Of a DNA stretch of 49,103 nucleotides, positions 1-12,193 are shown in pieces. The DNA is from Moniliella sp. 'wahieum' (taxonomy: Eukaryota), in NCBI GenBank assembly GCA_003971905.1, contig RSEE01000059.1, forward strand, positions 372,001 through 421,103, in the 5' to 3' direction. The position numbers and the translations under genes are program-made. The notes beneath the pieces were generated by a model. The model saw only the letters and a list, made by a program, of their open reading frames with translations, was not told the origin of the DNA and ran no database searches. The stretch's first letter is position 1. The number at the start of each line of letters is the position of its first letter.

Positions 1-322
1 GATGCCCTTCTGCTGATTGAGGATAGCCACCTCCTTGCCGCAAGCCTCCTGGGTGTATTGGGGCGCGTTCAGAGCGACAACAAAGTCGGTGTGTTGGTTG
101 GTCCAGCCGCAAGCGCCGAGACCGACCTCAAAGAAAGTAGCTTGGCCACTGTTGCGGATCATGGATGGTCAGTATAAATGTCCACATTAGGCAATTGCGA
201 CAAGAGTGGACGTACGCAAAGTGGCGCTTCTCCAGCTCCGCAGCGGGCTTGATGGGGGCAGCCGAGGCGGTCAGGGCGAACACCGCGGTGGCGGCAGCAG
301 CGATCTTGGTGAAAGAGAACAT
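1..322 (-). CDS. Secreted RlpA-like/DPBB (expansin/loosenin-like) protein, 5' part; runs off the window
   Basis: Signal peptide MFSFTKIAAAATAVFALTASA and Kex2 site EKR. Removing intron 149-215 (GTACGT..CTGAC..CAG) gives HFAGQATFFEVGLGACGWTNQHTDFVVALNAPQYTQEACGKEVAI, the G-x-A-T-F...GLGACG...VAL...CGK pattern of fungal DPBB proteins. Confidence 0.85.
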
Positions 323-434
323 GGCTGAATGAGAGAGAGATGGAGCGAGAGAAAACGCGGATGAGAAGAGAGTGGAGCTGAGAAAGGCGGTTGGTGGTGG
401 GGAAACAATGCCCCAAGGTCCAGACCGTCGCAGG

Positions 435-441
435 TTTTATA
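435..441 (-). promoter_or_regulatory. TATA box (TATAAAA) of the expansin-like gene
   Basis: TATAAAA on the minus strand about 115 nt upstream of the ATG, followed by a CT-rich leader. Confidence 0.55.
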
Positions 442-3004
442 GAGAAAGAGGGTAGATGTTCCGTCTCAAGGGCACAACCAGCGAACAGGAGAGCTGCTTT
501 GAAAAAAGTGACGAGTGTGAAAGGGCAGCAGCAGCGTCAGAGTCCCCTCTGGCAGCCTGGCACGGCGCATCGAGGGGGGGGGATCCGGGGGAGGAAGAAA
601 GGGGGGGGGGAGGGTCAGCCTCAGCGCTGATGAGCTCAGCCGCCATGCCAGCCAGACAACAGAAGCACACCACGACTGTGAGTGCTGGGCAGGGTAGCTA
701 GTGACATATGCAAGTGGGATACGATACAGGGATTCCATCGGCGGATGATTTGCGTTGAGTTAGTCCGTCCGCGTTGCTGGCTGTGCGAAGAGGGCAACTA
801 GCAACCCCAGATGTTTTGCCGGAGCGGAGCCGGAAACTGCTCATCGTCAGCGGAAGACTTGTGGGTGGCTGGGCGACCCCTTCTGATGGATGAGGGAGGA
901 GGTGGATGATGGGCGAGAGGCCGTGCCCAGCACACACGGGGGGCCTGCTGAAAAAACAAACAAGGGTGTGGCGGCGGTGCACGGACAAGGGAGGGCATGG
1001 CGTCCATGTGGATGGGAGGAGGGGGATCCGCAGTTTGGGGGGCAGGTGGCGAGGCGCTAAGGCCTAACGCCTGACCCTGAGGCCGCCCGCTGGGCCCTCG
1101 GAAGCTCGAACCGAGTTGGGCTGAGCAGCGCTGTGCCTCCGGCCTCAGCTGCCTCAGCCATCACTCGTGCCTGAGACTGTGCCGCCATGTGGCTGCCTCG
1201 GCCGGCAGATCCTCCGAATCTTGGAGTCCCCCCTAGCCCACTGGGATCCCCCCAGAGACATTCTGACAGCCGTCTCTCTCAGGTCCCACGCCGATTCACA
1301 ATTTACCCACGGTTTCAAGTTTTGTTTTGCTTTCCTCCCGTTCTTCGGCCCCTGGGAGGGGGGTGTTGGCGGGTGCGGGTGCCGCAAGCGACTCAGCCTG
1401 AGGTACATAGAGGGTGTCCCATGCGTCATTGATATTCGATCGACGCACAACGCTGCAATGTTCAAGTTGCCAACCGAACCAGAGTCTACTGGCTATACCT
1501 ACCCCCCCAGAGCCCCCAGGAAAACGGGGGGGGCACAACAGCCGAAAACGAGGGGGCAGCAATCGGCTGGGTTCGAATGTTCTTGCTTGACTTCAAATTG
1601 CAAGGTATGTTCCAAAAGTTGGTTTTTCCTTCCCATCCTGCATCCGGCGATCGCCCCTTCGTATGAAACAAGCCTTCATACCCTCGGCCTCGGCGCCTCA
1701 GTCCCTCAGGCCTAACCCTCAGGGCCTCAAAACTTGCATGGCGTCTTACGATCTTACGCGTTATGCGTGTTAAATTATGCCGCGAGCCTGACGGGAAACG
1801 GCACCACATGCCCGAAAAGGCTAGTCGAATTAGGTATTTTTGAGTTTTGAACCTGTGAAGCGTGGGAATACGCACAGAAAACGATCGAAGATACAGAGAT
1901 GCATTATGCATTACCTCAGAGGACCGTGAGTTCGGGGAGACCTCCACCACCTACATTTGGGGGGAGGGGGGCAAGACCGTGGGGAGGGGGGATTGGACCG
2001 GTTACAAGCCGGTTACCGGCGGGTTAAGTACATTAAATTACCGGCCGCGCTATTAGCCGGCGCTAGCTTGCTAGTCCATTCTAACTATGCGAGCGCGAAG
2101 CGGCTATAGTACTAGCAGGCAAAAAGGGGTGGACCGGATCGACCTCTAACACGAGAGCAGAGTTGAGGCTCAACGCTGATAACAGGTGTGTGGCGGGGTA
2201 CGCAGATCGCCGAGTAGAGCAGTTCAGTTTGAACGGCGGTTAATATATGGAGCTACTGCAGCTACTACATTCAAAAAAGGAGTCCACAGAAAGTTGGCCT
2301 CAACTCCTGTTGCCTCATTGGGGTATTCGGTCTAGTCTCCAACTCAGCGCGGACTCGGACATGGATGGGGGATGAGGGATGGGGTCTGTGGGTTGATTAA
2401 GTTAGTGTATCGAAGATTGCTGATTTTGATGAGCTTAGCACCGTCTGCGTTACCGTTCCGCGTTACCAAACCCAAGCGACTCAGCCGCCAAACCAAGCAA
2501 CTGCCCGCCTTGGTGCGGGAACTTGTTCAGGTTTCCTGCTGTCCCATACGTCCCCAACACCATCACTGGAGTGATTAACGTAATTAACGAAGTAGTCGAA
2601 AATTGAACCAAATCGATCTCATCCACCTCTGCCCTCATGTGCCAGACCGGGTCCAGAAGCCTGCACGCACCGGTACAAGCATGACTGGGCGGAGCCACCC
2701 CAGCCTCAACGCTGCCTGTTCGTCGGACCGGAGGGCTTCGTGGGGCGGCTTTTGCACATGCTTGAGAACGAGCTGGTCATGGAGGCGTCTGAGATTTGAG
2801 ATTTGAGAAGATGGACAAGCCAAGCCCTATTTATTGCGCCAGGAAATGCAGCGAATACTGGGATAGTGCGTTGACAAAGCATGCTTATTTGACGAGGGTT
2901 ATGCATAATAGGGTTTTCCCGACTGCCGCCGGTGCTCCCCCCCTCGTCTAACCTGGTGGTTGACGCGACGCAGCGCGAAACCACCGCCTCGACAAGTACC
3001 CACC

Positions 3005-3488
3005 ATGGCCACCTCGGAGCTTGCTGCCACCTACGCCTCGCTCATCCTTGCCGACGAGTCGGTGGAGATCACCGTACGTGTCCGCGATTCTCTTCGGGCG
3101 TGGTGTGACCCGCTTGGCTACCCGCATGCTCGCTCTGGTCCCATTTTCCAGGCCAAGCGACCTGCCCTGCCAAACGAAGACTAGCTCCGGATACTGACGT
3201 TGCCATGTGTGGTTTGTGTGCTGCAGGGGGAGAAGATCCACACTCACCTCGGCTGCCCACGTGGAGCTGGAGCCGATTTGGGCTAGCTTGCTCGCCAAGG
3301 CCCTCGCTGGCAAGGACATCACCGAGCTCCTGACCTCGGTTGGCGGTGGCGCTGCTGGCGCTGTGGCCGTCGCCGCGCCCGGCGCTGCCGCTGGCGACGC
3401 ACCGGCCGAGGAGAAGAAGGAGGAGAAGAAGGAAGAGAAGGTCGAGGAGGAGTCGGACGACGACATGGGCTTTGGTCTGTTTGACTAA
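3005..3488 (+). CDS. RPP1: 60S acidic ribosomal protein P1
   Basis: Exon 1 [23 protein letters not shown]; intron 3074-3226 (GTACGT..ACTGAC..CAG); exon 2 contains [20 protein letters not shown] and ends [14 protein letters not shown]. One indel just after the acceptor. Confidence 0.97.
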
Positions 3489-4195
3489 GTATGGTCCATT
3501 TCGCCCGTGCACTTGGATTTGCGCAGCATTGGCCCGTGCTCCACCCCCCCCCCCCTACAACCTAGGCTCTTCCAAACTGCATACACTGCCTTGCCCACTG
3601 CCCTGTTCATGCCGCTGGAATGCTACGTAGTGGGAACCGCGAGCCATGGCAGCCTCTTTCCCTAGGCCCCACGCTAATAACTTGCGGACTAATGTGGTAG
3701 ACCGAAAGGGTGTCGTAGGTTCCTTCCGTCAGTTCCTGTTCCCGTCAACATCCCGCCCATTGCTCTATCATATATCAACGTCCTCGCTATCTCGCGCGCT
3801 CTACTGGGTCAGGCAAAGAGAAGGGATGCTGGATAATGCATGTAACGCACAGACTGGGCTGAGCAAGCGTATCCTGCATACGGGCTTCCCGTCCAACCCG
3901 TCCAACCATGGACCCTGTCGTCGGCAGGAATCCAGCCCATGTCGTCCATGGGCACGCTCAGGCCAACTTGCCAGCTCAGCCCCGTCAGCCCTCAAGTCCT
4001 CGACCTGGCCCGTCTTAGCTCCTACGCTCCCACGCCGCATCGCCCAAAGGACCGGTCACAGTACCGTCGCACGCTACCATTGGCGGGGCGCGGTACTTGC
4101 CATTGAGGATCGGGGCTCCAAGACATCGGGTGAGTGCATTGGTGCCTAGCTACGGCTCCGTCCTGCGGCTGGTGCTTTGGTCCCACAGGTACGGC

Positions 4196-7100
4196 TCATC
4201 GACCGGGCGACATGGGCACAGGGCCCAAGACCGGATCGAAACGGTACGTCTGCCGCGGGGCAGGCTGGGACACGGGTTGCGACGTGGGTAGGATGGCTGC
4301 CTGGGCCGGGGGATGGACCTGAGGCTGGACCGGGGGCTGGATCTGGGAATAGGCCTGAGGCTGGACCTGGGGATGGGGTTGGGGATAGGCCTGGGATAGG
4401 TCTGAGGATAGGCCTGGGGATAGGCTTGGGGATGAGGTTGCTGGCCCTGGGGAGTGGAGAGCCAAGGGTGAGATTGAGGTGGGGCGGAAGGCCAGGAGGG
4501 CGAGCTGACAACGGTTGGGCCCCAGGTCGGACTGCCCCAGAGTTGGGACAGATTGGGCGCCCATGCCGCCGGGGCGGCGTACGGTTCGCTCCATCCCTTG
4601 TCCGATGCCGAGGCCAGGCCAGAGGAGGCGGGGCGGGGCGCGAGTCCTGGGAGCCAGCGCGAGGCACACTCGAAGGGGATGCAACCCCCGAGGCTGGCGT
4701 CGACGACTGGTCCGACGAGGTGGGCCACCAAGCGCGAGGCGAATGCACAGCCGGACCGGCATTGGGTGGGGAACTCAACATGGGGGCTTGGGTCCCAGCG
4801 GGCTGGGTCGCTGCTGCCAACGAGGGCATCCCCCATCCCCGCCAAGGGAGAGGCAAGCCCTGGACTACACAGGTCCGGCTTGGGAGGCCAAGAAGGCCAT
4901 GTTTGCGACGGAGGGGGGGTAAGCGGATTGTTCGCCTCGGTGGGGGGAGGGGCCTGGTGGCCACGGGTTGGGCGAGGCAGCCTCAATAGCGATCCGAGCG
5001 AGGCCCCCACGGGAGTAGGCGGCCTGAGTACCCTTCGGAGCAAGTCCTCAGCCGTCGACGCATGCGCTCGTTCCTTTTGAGGCGGCAAGGGAGATGCGGC
5101 CCAATGAACTCCAGATGCACTATCGTTGCCCGTGGGAGGATCCGACCAAGCGCCCCACGTTTCCGATTTTCCTGGAAGAGAAGCAGGCCATCCGGACGCG
5201 GCAACGGACCCAGGGGACTGGGCGGTGGTTTCAGTACCCGAAGCCGGACCCGAACCACGTACAGAAGGAGGACGCGAGGGCCGATTGGAGCCGGGCGCAA
5301 GATACAGGTGGCACAGAAGAGACCGAGTCCAACACCGACCCACGACCCGACGAAACGCGCGACGAGCCAGGTGCAGAGGCAAGTTGCGTCAAGCTGGTCG
5401 ACGCCACCGTCTTCATAGGCGAGACCAGGGACTCGGCTCCAAAAGAAGCCTGGGGCCATGGCCCTGCCGATTTCCATGTTTCCCCCTTCCCGCCCGGAGG
5501 GAGCGACGGCGCTCGCCTCCACTGCACAGACTGCTCATCCACAGCGGTGCGCATTGCCAGTTCAACAATGTCCTCGCCATCATCGTGAACTGAGTGAGAC
5601 AGCGGCGGCTGAGGTTGTTGAGGTTGCTGGGGCTTCTGACGTCCCTGGGGTTCCTCAGGTTGGTGGGTTGGTGGGGTGGGTTGGTGGGGTTGGTGGGTTG
5701 GTGAGATGGTTGAGGCTTTTGGGGTTGCTTGGATTGCTTGGGTTGCTTGGGTGGTGGTTGCGGTTGGTCCGATGGTGCTTGCCGGTGTGGTTGGGTTATC
5801 TGGGGTGGTCGGGGTTGCCGTGCGGGTTGGGATGGCAGAGTTTCCTGCGAGGGGGGAGGAGTTTGGGCGGGCGGTGCTGGCTGTCCTTGTCGCTGCGTTG
5901 GCTGGAACTGCGGGTGGGACGAGGGATGTGGCGGTGGAGACTGTCGTGGCTGGGGCTGCTTCCCCTTGGCCGTACGATTCGTCCCGACGGTTCGACAGGG
6001 GAGCGGTCCCGTCCGCAGCCGCGGCGGCGTGCAAGCGCAAGCGCATCGCCGCCTGAGCATCGCGGCAAACCGAGTACAAACGGGCTGCATCCTCGCTGGA
6101 CGGAAGCGACGCACACGGGCGCGGCGGCGTCGCACGCACTTGCAACGGCAAGAATCCGAGCATCGTCCAATCTTCCGGCGTTGCCCCAGCGGGTTGCGAC
6201 GGCAGGTTTCCTACGCTCGCAAGGGCTGGCCAAAACTTGTTCATGGCGGGAACGAGGCCAGTGGCCGTGTCACCGGCCATATGACGAAGGGAATGCGCCT
6301 CGGCACGGGCAAGGTACGCCTGCTGCGCGTGAGCCCAGCGCTCCAATACACGCAGCCGCAAGCAACCTCGGGCTGCTCGAAACGGTCTCAAGAACGGGCG
6401 TGAGCAAGGCGAGAAGATGGATGAGCAAGGCTTCTTCTGCAAGACGGGCCAGGGAAACGGCAACACTTGATTTTGGCACGGCGGGCAAGCTCTCCTGCTC
6501 CGTCTGGGACGAGGGAGTGAGCCGTTGACGGAGACGTCGAACAAGCCACAGAGCTGCCATGGCAGCTACCAAACTGTCCTCCACATCCGCCGACGAGAGC
6601 GTCTGAACCCCACTGACGCCACCCAGGTCCAGTCGCTCCAGCTGGTCCGAGAGCCCATTGGCCTCTGCCATTGTCCCCTGCGACGGGGCACCAGAACATC
6701 GGCGATGCGAGCAGTATGGCCCGTGATGCTATCCAGTGCTCGTTGCGCATCGTCGTGGGCAACTTGGGGCGACTTTGGATCGGAGCGAGGGTCGAGCGAT
6801 TGGAGAAGGGCAGCTACCGAGGCATGGAGACTCAAAATGTCCATCCGCCACGCTGCCTCGTCCTTGCCAGGCGCAGGAGGCCGGCTGGGCGGGTGGGAAC
6901 CATAGCGACGCAGTAGCAACCACCGGTTCTGTTCCGCGTTTTGCCGTGCTACCGGATCGGGGCGGAGCGAAAGTTGCGCACGGTAGTAGGCAACCGTAGC
7001 GGCCAACGGGCCCGTTCCCCGTTCCGACAGAAACGCCGCGCTTTCACTGACTCCGGCGCTGGAACGGAGAGACCGATCGGGGACTTGGGCCGCGAGAGCG

Positions 7101-8157
7101 CCGAGTTGGCTCAACGCTCGGCCCGAGGCAGGATGGAGAAGATGAGCGGCGCGGTACAGTGCGCTGGCCAGGTGCCGAGGGGAGCAAGGGTCGGGCGCGC
7201 CCTCGCGATTTGTCAGGGGCCGCGAGGAAGGTTCGACGAGCACAACATGTGTGGCGGCGTAGCGTGCTAAGTCTCCCATGCTGATGAGCAGGCGGGCCAA
7301 GATGCGTTGGCTTCCTTCGTTTTCGGGCGGGGGACGGGTGCTGGGCGGGAGGAGGCCCATGGAACGCAAAAGGGCAAGCCCATGCGCCGCATGGCTCGCG
7401 TGCAGCCCAGATTCTTCCGTTGAAGCGGGGGCAAGATAGCGCACTCGCAGCGTGGCGCAGGACCTTGCGTCAGCTCGGCCGGATCCGAGTCGGGCCGAGC
7501 GTCGGCGGTGCAGAAGAGCGTCTCGGCCTGGGCCAGCAGCTCGGACCAAAAAGACCACTCCTCCAAAAGGAAGATGCGCATGGGCTGGCCCGGCGTGTCG
7601 CGGGATCCAGAGCGCATGGCGTGGCGCAGACGCGTGTAGAAGGCATATGTGGTATCCGTCCATAACAGGTCGGCCGCTGCGGTCTGGCGTTCGTGGCGGG
7701 CGCGCTGAGCCTGGGGAGCGGCGGCGTCGTGAGCCAAGAGGATGCGCGTGAGGGTGGTGCGGAAGGCAGAGCGCGCAGCCTCTACGTCCGCGGCTGGCAC
7801 GCCAGGACGGGCAAGAAGGGCGCGGAGATGCTCCTGCTGGGCATGGGCGGTGGATGGGCCAGCGGCGGGGGTGGGATTGGGGGGCGGAGGCGGCAGCTGC
7901 GGCTGCGGCGGCTGCGGCGGGCGGGAGGCGCGGGTGCGCGGGGCTGGGGCGTGAGGGCGGGGATGGGTGCGTGGATGGGGCCCTGGGCGCCGCAGACGAC
8001 TTGGGGCGCATAGCATCCACCGATGGCGCAGGGGGAGGTGGTGGTGGCGGTGGTGGCGGTGGTGGGGGGGCGAGATGCCACTTGTGCTGCCCGCGGCAAG
8101 TGGTTTGGGTTTGCGGCTCGTCTTCCCAGTGCGCTGCTCCCGCCGCGGCGGAATCAT
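4196..8157 (-). CDS. Est1/Ebs1/SMG7-family protein (Est1 14-3-3-like domain, low-complexity C-terminus, no PIN domain seen); frameshifted in assembly
   Basis: Motifs LLISMGDLARY, LYRAAHLLHPASGRALSQLGALA and YYRAQLSLRPDPVARQN match the Est1 DNA/RNA-binding domain. Minus-strand ORFs 7267-8157, 6566-8020, 6270-6671, 5231-6544, 4150-5382 and 4196-4762 tile one gene. Ends are approximate. Confidence 0.8.
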
Positions 8158-8253
8158 TAATCAGGTCCCATTCCGCTCCGCCCGCGGCTCCCCATCTGGA
8201 GTTGTGGCTCTGGCCAGCTATGGCCGTCTAATGCCCGCGCACGCTGTCCAATG

Positions 8254-8321
8254 CCAGGCTAGACCAGGCTACACCAGGCTACACCAGGCTACACCAGGCT
8301 ACCCCAGACTACCCCAGACTA
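8254..8321. repeat. Tandem decamer (ACACCAGGCT/ACCCCAGACT) x ~7
   Basis: Directly visible in the ~220 bp gap between the SCI1-like stop and the Est1-like start. Confidence 0.9.
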
Positions 8322-8379
8322 TGCCATTGTACACGCCTCCCTCTGGTGCTTGGTGGCCTCCATGCAATTGCATCCCCCC

Positions 8380-9350
8380 TTATCCGCGCCCAAAGCGCTG
8401 CTGAGCCAGGTCGCGCAGCATGTCCATCGTCTGCGCCTCCTTGGCCTGCGCCGCGCGCACCCGCGTGTCCCACTGCGCCTGTCGCTCAGCCTGTCGCTCG
8501 GCCTGGCTGCCATAGCTCCCGGCGCCTCCACCTCCGCCTCTTGCTCCGCCACGTCTGCGACCCTGGTTGAGCTCCCGCTCGCGCTCCCTAGCCCCTTCCC
8601 GATCCCGTTCCGCCCGCGCTGCCGCAAACTCATCCTCCGCCGCGAGCCCGAGCGCCGTCTCGTCCAAGTCCACCTCGTAGTCCCGCTCCGCAAACACCCG
8701 GTTGGCCACATTCCTCGCCCGCCGCTCTTCCCGCTGCGCATCCCGGCCCGTCGCCCGCGGAACTAGCTCCTCCAACTCCACCACGTCCATCGAGCCAGCT
8801 CGAGCTCCCTGCCCAGCGCTCCGACTAGCCTGCGCCACCGCGCCCAACGAAGGTCCCGCTGCCGCCCCCGCTCCCGGTGCCGGTGCCGGTCCCACTTCCG
8901 GTCCTGAATCGTCCGACGGCCCAGGCGATGCGCGTGTCGAGGGCGAAGCACTTCGCCTTGCGCGGTGATGCCGGTGGTGCCCAGCGCGGTGCGAGCGCGA
9001 ATGGGAGTGGGAGTGGGAGTGGGAATGCGAGGGAGGCTGGGAGCGGGAGTGAGAATGCGAGCGCGAGGAGGTGTGGGAGTGGGAGTGCGATGGCCCAGGC
9101 GACCGAGATCGTGATGGAGATTGGGAATGGCGTTGGCGATGGTCATGGCGACGGTGATGGTGATGATGATGGCGATGATGAGGGCGAGGGTCAGCGCGGC
9201 TGCGTTCCGACCGCGTGGAGCGGGAGGAAGAAGGAGTGTGCCGGCTCTTGGGGCGAGCGGCAGATCGGTCCGGGTGGTGCCGGTGCGGCTGCCTCCGGTC
9301 GGAATGGCTGCGGCTGGCGGAGATAGGGGGACGGTTCGGCTGGCATGGTG
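8380..9350 (-). CDS. His/Ser/Arg-rich conserved protein, SCI1 (style cell-cycle inhibitor 1)-like C-terminus
   Basis: C-terminal ELEELVPRATGRDAQREERR...DEFAAARAER...AKEAQTMDMLRDLAQQRFG resembles the conserved fungal SCI1-like family (recalled, not searched). The start codon is uncertain. Confidence 0.6.
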
Positions 9351-10881
9351 CAACACAACCAGGCGCGGAGAGCCGGGGGTGTGGGCAGCAAGAGGAAAAG
9401 AAAATTAGGTTTGGTCGGTCATTTGCTGTGGGAGGGGGTCCTTGAATATTCACGAGAAGGTATCTGGTCGGGGGATCGCTGTGGGCAACGTTGGGGCATT
9501 GGCGCTGCTGACGGCTGAATAGGATAGCAGAGACAGCAGAGCGAAGCGAGAGCTACCAATACCAATGCCTGCGCTGCACTATCACCACCGCGGGCAGTGG
9601 GGGCTAACCTATGTGAATCAAAGGCAGCAGAATCGCGGCGCTAACAGACGAGCTGGGGAGATACCATGGATAGATTCAACAACATACGCAGGATTACAGG
9701 GGGGCTAAGCAGACGAAGCAGAAGAGAAGTTAGTTAGTGGGTGCGTCGCAGGCCAAGCCAAGCTCAAGGCAGGAGGAAGGATCAGGACGGGCGCAGTCTA
9801 CTACGATGGCCCAGTAAGAGTTCTCCGCATGAGAAATCGGATGTCCCTATCTTACTGTTGGATCATCAGGGGAAAGGAGCGAGCCGGAAGAAGGGTACAT
9901 ACAGATACAGTTACCGTGGGCGGGAGGCGTCTGGAGGTCGTCGCAATGCAGCTCAAGTGGGACCCACGTGGTGGAGGGCGACAGCAAAAAGGAATGCCGC
10001 CCCCGCCGCCCGGCCAAGAAGGTTATAAAGCAAAGAAATCGAACGGGCAACCCTACCACCCATCCGGCATTTGCACACCCACATCGGTGCAACCTCCGTC
10101 CCGCTCCACCTCCACCTCCACCTCCGCCTCCGGCCAAGCTGAGGATCATCGATCCGCATGCGTCACATGTCACACCCGCTGACTGCACCCGCTTGGGCAG
10201 AGGATGAGCATCCTCTCCATTTCGGTGCCGAGCCAGACTGGATCGGATGAAGCTTGAAGCTATACTCTCGCTCTCTGGGCAGATATTGGGATGGAGGGCT
10301 CGCTCACCCCATCCGACCCCCCTTGCTGGTAACCAGGCAATAATCCTTGGGTGGAACTACGCGTACTGCGTACTATACAGCCTAGCCCATGTCCCTCAAT
10401 GCAGCGTTGCAGTTGGCATTGGCTGTGGGGATCATCGAGGCACCATGCCTCAGGCCTCACATGGCACCGCCCTATCTCCCGCCATGCCGCCTTCCCCGTG
10501 TAAAGGGTGAACGAAACAAAGAACAAACCAGCCAAATGCGCATTGGAGCATGGTTGACGGGGACGAGGGAACACCTGTGTCCGCAACACTCGGAACGGCT
10601 ATCTAACAAAACGCGCACAAGAGCAGCCCGAGGGCAGGATGGAAGGGCCAGATGAGAAAGAGCGTGGGCCCAAGCCCTGGCCAAGAGAGGGTGCATCGTC
10701 GCAGGCGCATGCGCCTTAGTTCTAGTTCCAACCAAGAATAACATGAAACGTGCATATCGTCCAACCGACCGGAAGGGCAGGGAGAGGCATGGGACAAGGG
10801 CAAGAGGAGCGGGAAGAGAGTATGATGGGCGCCGGGACAGGGAAGAGGGAAGAGGAAATGGAGGAGGACGAGGGGAGGAGA

Positions 10882-12193
10882 TTAGGCGATAGTACGGATG
10901 ACCTGGTCAATGGCTTGGGCCACATAGTTGACATTGTTCGAGTTGAGCCCGGCCATGGAGATCCGGCCGTTGGCGGTGAGGTAAATGTGGTGCTGGTCAA
11001 TCAACGCTTGGCACTGCCCCGGGGTGAGGCCCGTAAAGCAGAACATGCCAATTTGCTTGGTAATGTGGGACCAGTCCGCCACCGCGGCCGGTGCGGGCGT
11101 GTGGAGCGCTTCGAGTGCCGAACGCAAAGCAGTGCGCATATCTTGGATGCGGTACGACATGCCCTCGACGTCCTTTTGCCATTGGGCAAAGAGCACCGGG
11201 TTGGTCAACAAGCGCTGCACTACTTGCGCCCCGTACGCGGGCGGGTTGGAGATCTCGCTACGGGCCAGGATGGACAATTGCGACTTGACCTGCGCCGCGT
11301 GGGTGGGAGAAACGACATGCAGCGCGCCAATTCGCTCGCCGTACAGCCCGGCATTCTTGGCAAAGCTCTGGCACACCACAACAAGCCAATGTCGCCCCGC
11401 TCCACAAAGTGCCGCACCGCCCACGCGTCGGCATCCAGGTCGCCCGAGGCAAAGCCCTGGTACGCACTGTCAAAGAACGCAAAGTGGCGCTTGCGCGCAA
11501 ACACTTGCGCAATCTTCTTCCACTGCGCCTGGGTCGGGTCAACGCCCGTGGGGTTGTGCGCACACGCATGCAACAAAAAGATGCTGCCGTCCGGCGCCTT
11601 TTCCAACGCCGACAGCAAGCCGGCCTCGTCCAGACCGATCGTCTTGGGGTCGTAGTAGACATAGTCAATTGGCGTAATGCCAGCCTGGGCGAGAATGGCC
11701 TTGTGGTTAGCCCAGGTGGGGTTGGAGAGGTAGAGCTGCTTAATGCCATTGGGGAACGTGTAAAACTTGGACAAAAACATTGCGCCCAAATGGTTTGCGC
11801 CCGTGCCCGAGATGGTCTGCACGGTGGCCACCCGGCCCTGGGCCAGCGCGGGACTGGACGCACCAAAGACCAGCTGGGCCGCCGCGGCAGTAAACGCAGG
11901 CAAGCCCGTAATCGGCAGGTACTCGTGGTTCAGCGCCGGATCCTCGAGCCAGGCGCGCGTGGCCGCTTGCACACTCGGCAGCACGTACGGCCGCCCCTCG
12001 TTGTCCCGGTACGCACCCACGCCGAGATTGACCTTGGTCGGCGCCTTGTCCGCGGCATAGCCCGCGCTCAGCTTGAAGATGGCGTCGGGCGGCGCTTGGG
12101 GCACGTCGGTCCACGCATCGACGCTGGCCACGGGCTGGGTGGGCGTGGGGGGCGGATGTGGTTGGTGATGGCGTTGAGACGGTCGCTGGCCAT
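10882..12193 (-). CDS. AAT2: Aspartate aminotransferase (cytosolic/peroxisomal type)
   Basis: Motifs APPDAIF, KVNLGVGAYRD, QTISGTGA, LLHACAHNPTGVD, FFDSAYQGFASGD, PLP-lysine QSFAKNAGLYGERIG, QIGMFCFTGL and GRISMAGL. About two indels. Confidence 0.96.

Noticed and set aside
1711..1719. CCTAACCCT (also ACCCTAACCC near 39342) as a telomerase RNA template
   Set aside because: 9-10 nt matches are expected by chance, no pseudoknot or CR4/5-like element was recognised, and the second lies in bZIP coding sequence.
8254..8321. Short repeat arrays as CRISPR-like
   Set aside because: Head-to-tail repeats without spacers in a eukaryotic context.
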